A stretch of DNA of 32,000 bases from an uncultured Chloroflexia bacterium (GCA_963718915.1 CAVRAI010000015.1:450001-482000), one strand, 5' to 3'; numbered from the stretch's first letter, positions 1 to 9,002 are shown. Program-made: numbers and translations. The notes: a model not told the origin generated them from the letters alone.

Positions 1-646
1 GACCCGTCGCCGGAGCCACGGGCGCATCTTCGGCAATGTGTTCCTCGCTGGTTTCTGTGCCATTGTCCCCGGTCACGGCTTCTGGCGTCAGGCCATCCTG
101 TGCCGCCACTGCCGGTTTGTCGTGTTCAGATCGCTCGGCTGGTTCAATCGGTTCAGTTGGTACAGTTGGTTCAGTCGGCTCCTCCGGGACTTCTGGCGCC
201 TCAGGAATCTCAGGAATCTCTGGCTGGGGCGCATCCGGCATCTGAGCAATTATGGGCGCTTCGAGGCTCACGACCTCATTGGCCGATGCTTTCGCCGGAG
301 TCGGCTCTGTCGTTGGCGTCGCGGCGCGCGCCCTGGTTGTTGTCTTCTTAGGTGTCGCCTTACGCCCGGCCATTGTGGAAGGAGCGGAGGCTTTGCGCGC
401 GGTGGTTTTCGGCGCGGATGCCGTGGATGCCGTGGATGTTGAGGTAGTCACCGATTCGGCGGTCGTTGGTTTGCTGGTTGGGGCGATAAGCTGGGGCGAC
501 CGCGACGCTCCGCGCCTCTTGCGCGCGTTCGATGGGGTCGCTGCCGTGCCACCTGCGCCGTTTGTGGAAGGTTTTTGTCCCTTCCGTGGTGTCGTCGACG
601 CCGGGCGACTCTCACTCGGCTTGCCGTCGTGTCGCTGCCTGCTCAT
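1..646 (-). CDS. hypothetical protein, 5' part only (continues past left edge); low-complexity basic region followed by Pro/Glu/Thr-rich repeats
   Basis: Own minus-strand translation. ATG at 646-644 is preceded by GGGAG, with an in-frame TAG about 40 nt upstream. The frame is open to position 1 (215 codons): MSRQRHDGKPSESRPASTTPRKGQKPS...TPKKTTTRARAATPTTEPTPAKAS...MPDAPQPEIPEIPEAPEVPEEPTEPTVPTEPIEPAE...TETSEEHIAEDAPVAPATG. It is missing from the ORF track because it has no stop in the window. 9-nt tandem units (201-218 tcaggaatc x2; 416-438 ggatgccgt x2.5) encode the PEI and STA repeats. Confidence 0.55.
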   Translation of the reverse strand, partial: MSRQRHDGKPSESRPASTTPRKGQKPSTNGAGGTAATPSNARKRRGASRSPQLIAPTSKPTTAESVTTSTSTASTASAPKTTARKASAPSTMAGRKATPKKTTTRARAATPTTEPTPAKASANEVVSLEAPIIAQMPDAPQPEIPEIPEAPEVPEEPTEPTVPTEPIEPAERSEHDKPAVAAQDGLTPEAVTGDNGTETSEEHIAEDAPVAPATG

Positions 647-735
647 CCTGCTCCCGCCTGTCCCTGCAAGCTACGGATGCGTCGACCTGGACCGCCCCGC
701 ATCCTGCATTAGAACCACTTCCACCCCACCCCGCC

Positions 736-750
736 GCGAGAACTGTGCCA
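736..750 (-). promoter_or_regulatory. candidate sigma-54 (-24/-12) promoter element
   Basis: Minus strand reads TGGCAC-AGTTC-TCGC: a perfect -24 hexamer, exact GG-N10-GC spacing, and a -12 element matching 3 of 4 of TTGC. It lies in the intergenic region about 90 nt upstream of the ATG at 646. rpoN is present in this window. A chance match is plausible in GC-rich DNA. Confidence 0.2.
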
Positions 751-939
751 GCACCGTCTGGCGCTACGAGCGCCGCCCCACCTTGACAGTGATTTCTGTC
801 TATGCGATAGTGATATCTGGCAGTATGCCGTGTTGGCTTTATTCGGCGCTTACCATCGCATCGCCACACAGTATACGTACCAGGCATTATAACACCAACA
901 GACTTGCTTGTTACGGCACTGACGGAACGAGTAGGCGCG

Positions 940-1212
940 CCGAGCGTATTCTCAGAGAGTCCGGGGCTGGTGAGACCGGATAGCGCTGGCGCCCGAAAAT
1001 CAATCCTGAGCCGCCACCCGACTCTCCGCTGTGTGAGGGCAGGCGTGGCCGGAATCCCGTCCGTTATCATACGGGGGGACATGTACACGTGTCCCAATTG
1101 AGCGGATTGCTGCGCGCGCTCATCTATGTAAACGAACGAGCGGCCACAGCAGTCATTTCGGGTGGTACCGCGAGAGATGCTCTCGCCCCGTTGGGGTGAG
1201 GGCCTTTTTTAT
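940..1212 (+). promoter_or_regulatory. T-box leader (tRNA-sensing transcription attenuator), probable Ile (AUC) specifier
   Basis: AGAGAG box at 954-959. A CTCAG/CTGAG helix (951-955 with 1006-1010) brackets a loop containing GAAAAUCAAUC (AUC at 999-1001 followed by A, and AUC again at 1003-1005). F-box CCGTTA at 1061-1066. T-box core GGGTGGTACCGCG at 1160-1172 forms a canonical antiterminator: GGG/CCC, a 7-nt UGGUACC bulge, and GCGAGAG pairing with CTCTCGC. Its 3' strand is shared with the terminator stem. The left boundary is approximate. Confidence 0.88.
1179..1210 (+). terminator. intrinsic terminator of the T-box leader
   Basis: 11-bp stem (1179-1189 pairs with 1193-1203, two G-U pairs), GTT loop, then C plus T6 (1205-1210). 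Mutually exclusive with the antiterminator helix 1170-1186. Confidence 0.75.
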
Positions 1213-1288
1213 TGTGCGCGCTAACGAGCGTTCCAGTCACCGCGACGATGAAGATGCTGGCTGAGACCAGGAAGGCGGGGAATTAGCG

Positions 1289-2045
1289 ATGGACGTGCAA
1301 TCTCCAACAACATTATTGCTCTACGCGACCGATAGCTATCTGAGCGGGTTCACGGCGCAGGTTGTCGCGACCGATGGGAGGAGCGTGGCGCTCGACCAGA
1401 CCGCCTTCTATCCCGGCGGGGGCGGCCAGATGGCCGACCGTGGCAAGCTGATACTGCTGACCGATGGGCGTCGTCTCGCCGTGGCGGGATTGAGCAAGCG
1501 CGACGGTGTCGTCTGGCACGAGCTGGCCGAGGACGCGGGCGAGCCGCCCGCCGTTGGCGCGAGTGGTCGCTGGGGAGATTGATTGGCCCTTCCGCTTTCA
1601 CATGATGCGCACGCATACCGCGCTTCACCTGCTCTGCGGCCTGATCTTTCGCGAATATGGCGCGCAGGTGACCGGCGGACAGATGTACCCCGACCGGGCG
1701 CGGATGGACTTCGCCCTCGGCACGATGACACCGGACTTCCTGCATGGCATCGAGCGGAGCGTCAATGAGGCGGTCGCGGCGGATCATCCCATTAAGGTCT
1801 ATGAATTGCCCCGTGATGAAGCGCTGCAAATTCCCGATTTGATACGTACCAAGATTAATCTGCTGCCGCCAGAGATTACCAGGATCCGCATCGTCGAGAT
1901 CGTCGGTGTGGATCTGCAAGCGGACGGCGGCACACACGTTCATAGCACGCGCGAGGTAGGTGGCATCAAGGTGCTGCGAACCGAGAATAAAGGCAAAGAA
2001 AACAAGCGCATGGAAATCGCGTTGACGGATGGAGATACGGCATGA
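1289..2045 (+). pseudogene. AlaX-type (Ala/Thr-tRNA synthetase editing-domain, SAD) protein; reading frame broken once near 1559-1562
   Basis: N-terminal part is ORF 1289-1582 (LDQTAFYPGGGGQ, as in the AlaRS-like barrel). C-terminal part is ORF 1506-2045 (GEIDW..RTHTALHLL HxxxH motif, DGGTHV, tRNA_SAD-like end). The parts join as ...EPPAVG/RVVAGEIDW only if one base around 1559-1562 is skipped. The stop overlaps the ileS ATG (ATGA at 2042-2045). Confidence 0.8.
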
Positions 2046-5000
2046 GCGGATCGAAGAAAACGCAGTCGCGCCAGGGAGGGGCATCCAGCGCCACGAAGAA
2101 GACGAGCGCGACAGGGGCGGCCAATGGACGAAGTCGCGCAACAGGCAAGAGCGCCGCGAAGAGCGTGAAAGCGTCAATGGCGAATGGGCAGCTATTTCAG
2201 TCTGTGCCCGCGCCAACCCGTGTGGATTACCCGCTGCTGGAGCGTGATGTGCAGCAGTGGTGGGATGAGCATGACATCCTCAAGAAATATGTGACGCGCA
2301 ACGAGCGCTCCGACAAACGCTGGTCATTCGTGGATGGTCCAATCACTGCCAACAATCCAATGGGTGTTCATCACGCCTGGGGGCGCACCTACAAAGACCT
2401 GTGGCAGCGCTTCAACACGATGCGCGGCTATCGCCAGCGCTACCAGAACGGCTTCGACTGCCAGGGACTTTGGGTCGAGGTGGAGGTCGAGAAAGAGCTT
2501 GGCTTCACCAATAAGCGCCAGATCGAGGAATATGGCATCGACCGCTTCGTGGAGAAGTGCAAAGAGCGTGTGCTGCGCTACTCGGCAATCCAGGCGGAGC
2601 AGTCGATCCGGCTGGGCGAGTGGATGCGCTGGGACGACTCGTACTACACGATGTCCGACGAGAACAACTACACCATCTGGGGCATGCTACGCACCTGCTG
2701 GCAGAATGGCTGGATCTACCGTGGCCGCGATGTAATGCCGTGGTGTCCGCGCTGCGCGACAGGCATCTCCGATATGGAGATCAACGAGGGCCGCCGGACG
2801 GTGCAGCATACCAGCGTCTACGTGCGCTTCCCGCTGCGCGACCGGCCTGGCGAATACCTGCTCGTCTGGACGACGACGCCCTGGACACTGCCCGCGAATG
2901 TCGCCTGCGCCGTCAATCCCAATTTGCCGTACGTCAAGGTGGAGCAGGATGGGGAGTTCTACTATCTCTCCGCCGATGTCGTCGGCAAGCTGAACAAGCT
3001 GCGCGGCCACGAGCACGGCGCGGCGAAGGTTGTCGAGACGCTGCAAGGGCGTGATCTGCTTGGCTGGCGCTACACCGGCCCATTCGACGAGCTGCCCGCC
3101 TGGAAGGAGGCGAACGCCGAGCATCGTGTGGTCGCCGTGGGACGACGTGACGGCGGCGGAGGGCACGGGCATCGTGCATATGGCGCCCGGCTGTGGGCGC
3201 GAGGACTTCGGCGTCTCGAAGCAGGAAAACCTCGCCGTGCTGGCGCCGGTGGATGAGAGCGGCGTCTATGTGGACGGCTACGGTTGGCTGACGGGCATGT
3301 ATGTCGGCATGGTGGCGCGCCCGATCTTCGACAATCTGCGCGAGAAGGGCTATTTCTACCAGACCGAGTCGTACCAGCACGTCTATCCGCACTGCTGGCG
3401 CTGTGGCACGGAGCTTATCTTCCGGCTGGTGGCTGAGTGGTTCATCTCGATGCACGAGCTGCGCGAGCGGCTGATCCGCATCACCAGCGAGATCCGCTGG
3501 ATCCCGGCGTTTGGGCTGGATCGCGAGCTTGACTGGCTGCGCAACATGGAGGACTGGATGATCTCCAAGAAGCGCTACTGGGGGCTGGCGCTGCCCATCT
3601 ATGTCTGCGAGGACTGCAACGAGTTCGAGGTGATCGGCAGCCGCGAGGAGCTGCACGAGCGCGCCGTGGAGGGCTGGGAGGCGTTCGACGGCAATACGCC
3701 GCACCGTCCCTGGGTAGATGCCGTCAAGGTGCGCTGCTCGAAGTGCAGTGGGCTAGCCCACCGCATCCCCGATGTCGGCAATCCCTGGCTGGACGCGGGA
3801 ATCGTACCATTCTCGACGTTGCACTATCGCGGCAATCGCGACTACTGGCGTGAGTGGTATCCCGCCGACTTCATCACCGAGGGTTTTCCGGGGCAGTTCC
3901 GCAACTGGTTCTACTCAATGCTGGTGATGGCCGCCACGCTCGACAATTCGGCGCCCTATAAAACGGTGCTGGGCTTCGCCACGCTGCTCGACCAGAACGG
4001 CGAGGAGATGCATAAGAGCAAGGGCAATAGCATCCCGTTCGACGAGGCGGCCCACATCGTCGGCGCGGATACTATGCGCTGGCTCTACATCACCCACGCG
4101 CCGGAACAGGACCTGCGCTTCCTACTCATCCCCAGCGAGGAGGAGGCGGCAGCGGCGCGGGCAAAGGGAGAGCCACCGCGACTCAGCGATCTGTGGATGC
4201 AGGCGCGGTCGGCGCTCGACAAACTCTGGAACGTCTACTCGTTCTTCGTGACCTACGCCAACATCGACCAGTTCGATCCAACCACCCGCTCGCTAGCTGT
4301 GGCCGAGCGGAGCGACCTGGACCGCTGGGTGCTTTCCGAGTTACAGGCGACGGTCCAGCGGGCGACGGAGCGCCTGGCCGACTTCGACGCCCAATCGGCC
4401 TCGCTGGCGGTGGCCGCGTTCATCGAGGATCTCTCGAACTGGTATGTGCGCCGGAGCCGCCGCCGCTTCTGGAAGAGCGGAGAGGACGCCGACAAGCGCG
4501 CCGCCTATCTGACGCTCTACGAGTGCCTGCTGACAGTGACGAAGCTGCTGGCGCCACTGACGCCCTTCCTGGCGGAGTCGCTCTACCAGAATCTGGTGCG
4601 CTCGGTGGATTCGTCCGCGCCGGAAAGCGTGCATCTCTGCGACTGGCCGGTGGCGGATGAGTCGCTGCTCTCTTCGCGCCTGCACGCCGAGACGGCGCTG
4701 GTGATGCGGATGGTCAACCTGGGACGCGCGGCCCGCGAGAAGGCGCAGATTCGCGTGCGCCAGCCGCTTGGCGTACTTTACGCGCGCGTCGGCAGCGAGC
4801 AGGAGTCCGAGGCGCTGCAACGGCTGGCGGGGCAGGTGCTGGAGGAGTTGAACGTGAAACGACTGGAGTTGCTGCCAGCTGAGAGTGATATGCTCATCTA
4901 CACACTCAAGCCGCAGATGAGGACGCTTGGCCCGAAGCATGGCAAGCTGGCGCAGAAGGTGCTGGCGGCGCTGCGGGAGGTTGACCCGCAGACGGGCGCG

Positions 5001-5460
5001 GCGGCGCTACGCGAGCAGGGTGAACTGCTGCTCGATGTGGAGGGCCAGCCGGTGACGCTGTTGGCAGAGGAGGTGGAGATCGAGGCGGGCGCGGGCGAGG
5101 GCTACGTCGCGGCGGAGGAGCGCGGCAGCGGTGGCGGTGATCGAGACGACGCTGACGCCGGAGTTGCTGGCGGAGGGGCTGGTGCGCGACCTGACGCATC
5201 TGGTGCAGGATGTGCGCAAGCACGCCGGGCTGGCCATCGAAGACAGCATCGAGACGTGGCTGATGACCGACGCCGATCTGGCGGCGGTTGCCGTCGAGTA
5301 TCGCGACTATATCGAGGCGGAGACGCTCTCGAAGCGGCTCGTGGCGCAGAGCGACGGCCCATCGCTCGCGCCATCTGGCAAGGGCGTCTTCACCGAGGAG
5401 ATTCCGGCGGCGAAGCTCAACGGACACGCGGCGACGGTGACAGTGCGCAAAGTGAAGTAG
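2042..5460 (+). pseudogene. ileS: isoleucine--tRNA ligase (type 2-like); reading frame broken twice (near 3134 and near 5121-5130)
   Basis: Three ORF pieces (2042-3256, 3030-5465, 5131-5460) carry the WSFVDGPITANNPMGVHHAWGRT (HIGH-like) and EMHKSKGN (KMSKS) motifs and an IleRS anticodon-binding/C-terminal region. Junction 1: EHRVV/PWDDVTAAEGTGIVHMAPGCG requires skipping g3134. Junction 2: GYVAAEER/AAVAVIETTLTPELLAEGL requires skipping one base near 5124. An alternative start at ATG 2177 (MANGQLFQSVP...) would remove a 45-aa basic extension. Confidence 0.92.
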
Positions 5461-5464
5461 ATTG

Positions 5465-5502
5465 ACCTCACCTCCAGCCCCCTCTCCCACAAGGTGAGGG
5501 GG
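5465..5502. repeat. hairpin repeat, family 1 (ACCTCACC..CAGCCCCTCTCC..GAGGGG type), copy 1
   Basis: ACCTCACCTCCAGCCCCCTCTCCCACAAGGTGAGGGGG. CCCCCTC (5478-5484) pairs with GAGGGGG (5496-5502). Starts 5 nt after the ileS stop. Related copies at 23965-24000 and 24097-24131. Confidence 0.6.
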
Positions 5503-5635
5503 CTTCTTGCGGCCTGGCAAGCGCATGGCGAATGTGTTCTGGTGGTCGCGCGCCGCAGGCTGAAGCCCTGCGGCTAATCCTGTGGCGCGCACACTGCCGA
5601 CCATCGACGCAACAGCATACCGAGCGGTTCTGGGC

Positions 5636-5702
5636 AGTCCGCGAAGGCGGACTTCGTGGCGGAGCGGAGCGAGGCCCTTCAGGCGCGGTTTTAACCGCCA
5701 GC
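5636..5702. repeat. dispersed intergenic repeat, family 2, copy 1
   Basis: AGTCCGCGAAGGCGGACTTCGTGGC...TTCAGGCGCGGTTTTAACCGCCAGC. The same ends and order recur at 30543-30610, with a diverged middle. Contains the palindromes GTCCGC-GAAG-GCGGAC and GCGGTTTTAACCGC. Confidence 0.6.
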
Positions 5703-5706
5703 CCTT

Positions 5707-6195
5707 TTACTCCCCAGTGGAAGCTTTCTTTGCGGTCTTGCCATTGGGCGCGCCCTGAATCAGTTGGTCGAGTTCCTGGCGCATCGCCTGGATGTCGGGG
5801 TAGGAGCGGTAGACGCTGGCGAAGCGCACATAGGCGATCTCGTCGAGTGTGCGCAGCCGCTCCATCACCATCTCGCCGATGATGCGCGTCTCGATCTCGG
5901 CCTTGCCCAGCTTATAGAGTTCGTTCTCGATATCATCCACGATGGCTTCGAGTTCGCCCACGGGAATCGGGCGCTTCTGGCAGGCGCGGCGCAGGCCTCC
6001 CTCCAGCTTCTCGCGCTTGAAGGGATCGCGGCGGCCATCGCGCTTGACCACCATCAGCTCCGGCAACACGACATGCTCGACGGTGCTGAAGCGCTGGTGG
6101 CAGTGTTCGCAGCGGCGGCGGCGATGGATGGAGCCGCCCTGGTCGCGCGAATCCGTTACGCGCGACTCGATATATCCGCAGTAGGGGCATTTCAT
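5707..6195 (-). CDS. nrdR: transcriptional repressor NrdR
   Basis: 162 aa. N-terminal zinc ribbon MKCPYCG...RRRRCEHC followed by an ATP-cone-like region (VVKRDGRRDPFKREKL...YVRFASVY). Typical NrdR length and layout. Confidence 0.93.
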   Translation of the reverse strand: MKCPYCGYIESRVTDSRDQGGSIHRRRRCEHCHQRFSTVEHVVLPELMVVKRDGRRDPFKREKLEGGLRRACQKRPIPVGELEAIVDDIENELYKLGKAEIETRIIGEMVMERLRTLDEIAYVRFASVYRSYPDIQAMRQELDQLIQGAPNGKTAKKASTGE

Positions 6196-6473
6196 AGAAT
6201 GTCGCTCGGCTTTTCCCCGCGCGGCCCGTCATTGCGTCGTCCAATCAGAGCGAGACGACCCGGAGCCGCGCATGCCTCAGTATACCATACGGCACTCGCA
6301 TCGGACGACGAGGCTATCAAACGGCGAAGGGGAGCGGAGCGCCCAGTTCCCCGATGAACAGGTGCCCTCAGATGACGTCGATCAGGGTCAACCCCCGCGG
6401 CTTTCGAAATCGGTCATCGTCCTATGGGGCTACTGTTTCAATCTGACTCCCCTGGCGCACGGCGTAGGCGGCC

Positions 6474-8643
6474 TCAAGCCACCTTCTTCACTGGGGCGTG
6501 GCTGAGCCGACCGAACCCCGCACGCCGGTGGAGGGTTCGCAGCGGCGCGGGGGCCCACCAGTTAAAGTGGCCCATGAGCCGCATGACCGCCGGCACGATC
6601 AGCACCCGCACGATGGTGGCATCGAGGGCGACGGCAATCGCCAGGCCGATCCCGATCGACTTGATGAGGACGACCTCGGCGAGACCGAAGGCGAGGAAGA
6701 CCGCCACCATGATGGCCGCGGCCCCGGTGATCAGGCGACCGCTGCGCTCCAGCCCTTCCGCGATCGGCGTGCCGATTGTCCCCCGTCCGTAGATACTCCT
6801 CCTGGATTCGGCTGATGAGCAGCACCTCGTAGTCCATCGACATCCCGAAGACGATCGCGAAGAGGATCACCGGGACGGTTGGGTCGATCGATTGGGCTGT
6901 GAAGCCGAGTTGTTGGCTCAGGTGCCCGTCCTGGAAGATCCAAACCAAAGCCCCGAACGACGCAGCGATCGAGAGCAGGTTCAACACCACGGCCTTCAGC
7001 GGCAGCACCAGTGACCCGGTGAGCAGGAAGAGAACCAGATAGGTGACCAGGACAACGAAGCCGACCGCCAACGGCGTTGTGTCGATGATGTAGTTGATCA
7101 CGTCCATGTCGAAGGCTGTAGCTCCCGTCACAAGTAGATGGCCACCGTTGCCGATCGACTCGGAGCGGATCGCGCGCAGGGTCGCGCGCGCGCCGTCGCT
7201 TGACGCTGGCTGGTTGCTGACGACATCGAGCAGCACGATATGTGTGCCGACCTGTGGCGGGTTCACGCGGAGCACCCCTGGGATCGTCGCCATGCGTCGG
7301 CTCAGATCGGTCTGGTCCAGGACGCGCGGGGCGGTCGTGGGGCTCCCGCTGGCGTAGTTCACGACCACGTTGAAGATGGTCTGGTCCTGCCCGGGAAAAC
7401 TCTTGACCAGCGTGTCGAAGCCCTGGCGCGACTCAAGCCGTGGCGGTAGCTGGTCGACACTCGCATTGGCGAGGCGCAGGTGAAGGAACGGGGTTCCGGC
7501 GAGCACCAGGAAGCCCAGAGCCGGCACGAGCACGACGACCGGGCGGCGCATCACCCAGGTGGCCATCCGGTGCCAGGCGCCGCGCCCGGACTTCGGCCGC
7601 CGACCCACGAGTGGAATCGAAAGCCGGTTGACGTTCGGACCCAGGATGGCAAGGAGGGCAGGCAGGAAAGTAAGGCCATAGAACACGGCGACTGCGACCA
7701 CAATCGCGCCTGCGGCGCCCAATGACGCCAGAAAGGTGCCCTGGTAAAAGAGCATGGCCGACAACCCGACCGCGACCGCCAGCCCGGAGAATGTGATGGC
7801 CCGACCGGCCGTAGCCATGGTGGTAGCCAGCGCGTCGGGGCGGTCCTTCCCCGCGGCCAGCTCGTCCCGGAAGCGGTTGACGACGAAGAGCGAATAGTCG
7901 ATAGCGACCGCCAGCCCAATCAATGTCACGATGTTCAGAGCGTATTGCGAGACATCGGTGACGCGGCTGAGCAGGAATGTTCCGGCGAGGCCACCTGCGA
8001 TTGTGAAGATCCCGATCCCGAGCGGGAGGCCCGCAGCCACTACCGTTCCGAAGATGATGAGCAGCAGGATCAGCGTCACAGGTAGCGTGACTGTCTCGGC
8101 CCGGGTCAGGTCACTCTCGAGTGTAGCGCTAAAGTCGCGGTTGATCGGCACATTCCCGGTACCGACCACTGTCAGGCCGCTGGGGCGAACCGCTGCCCGC
8201 AGCGCCGTGTAGTCGGCGCGCGCCTGCTCACCCTCACTCTTGATATCGACCTGGACGAGCGCCTTGTGACCATCTTTTGAGATGAATGCATGGGCGGTCG
8301 ATGCATCGATGGTGTACGGCGAGATGATCTCAGTCACGCGCGGATCCTGCTGGATCGGTTTGAGCGCATTCTCGAGCTCCGCCCGGAAGACCGGGTCGGT
8401 GGCAAGCCGATCCGGGCTGCTGAAGATCAGCAGAAAGTTCGATCCACCCGTTTTGCCTGTGCTCAATTGATTGTTGATCAGTGTGGCTGCACGGTTCGCC
8501 TCGAGCATGCCACTAGTGGAGTTGCCAGTACCCAGCGCACCTCCGGCCATCAAACCATAGATCGATCCGCCGAGCAGGACGATGGACACGACCAGGGTGA
8601 CCCAGCGCCATCGGTAGACGAAACGACCCCATCGCGCAAACAT
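6474..8643 (-). pseudogene. MMPL/RND-superfamily membrane transporter; reading frame broken once near 6771
   Basis: ORF 6562-8643 (693 aa, multi-TM, two large loops, ...FGMSMDYEVLLISRIQEEYLRTGDNR) degenerates into Arg/Gly-rich nonsense. The true C-terminus (TPIAEGLERSGRLITGAAAIMVAVFLAFGLAEVV...FNWWAPAPL) is in ORF 6474-6710, one base out of frame. Skipping the base complementary to g6771 restores it. Strong SD (AAGGAG) lies before the ATG at 8643. Confidence 0.85.
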
Positions 8644-9002
8644 ACTTCGCTCCTTTACCTACGCTCCTCTTCTAACACACCCATTCCGAGGTGGGTTACA
8701 GCTTTTGGAGCTGCGAACCAAATCCTAACAGCCACCTGTGTCGCCAATATGTCGAAACCAACGCAATCTTGTCGCGAGAATGCATACAGGCGACTGGTTG
8801 GGTATCTGCCGCCAGGAGCGGGCGTCAGGAGCGAATATCAGGAGTTGGCGTCAACAGTGGCCTGGTGGTGGCGGACGCTATGTGAGACTGCCGACAGACC
8901 CGCGCCACAGCCATCGGTTAACTGCTCTTTTGGCCAAGAGAAGGAAGAAAGTGACCTGAGGTGGATTCCTACGATCCTCCCACTGCTCCCCTGAGCTTCA
9001 CC

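Noticed and set aside
905-952. Sigma-70 promoter for the T-box transcript (TTGCTT at 905, TGACGG at 920, TATTCT at 947)
   Set aside because: No hexamer pair has acceptable spacing: 21 nt for TGACGG/TATTCT, and a very weak -10 for TTGCTT. I left it unannotated rather than guess.
36-983. Plus-strand ORFs 36-245, 38-442, 100-351, 252-983 and 532-786, and minus-strand ORF 612-1097
   Set aside because: Their sequences are compositionally implausible (Arg/Gly/Cys/Trp-rich). The plus-strand ones are shadows of the better-supported minus-strand frame open from 646 to the edge, and 612-1097 runs through the intergenic region and T-box leader.
1550-5135. Programmed +1 ribosomal frameshifting as an explanation for the frame breaks
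   Set aside because: I saw no shared slippery or shifty motif, no rare or stop codon at the junctions, and no downstream stimulatory structure in common. Five events in unrelated genes are far more simply explained by inserted bases, whether from error or mutation.
5532-5882. 116-aa plus-strand ORF in the ileS/nrdR spacer
   Set aside because: It spans the repeat modules and then runs antisense into nrdR. No coding signal.
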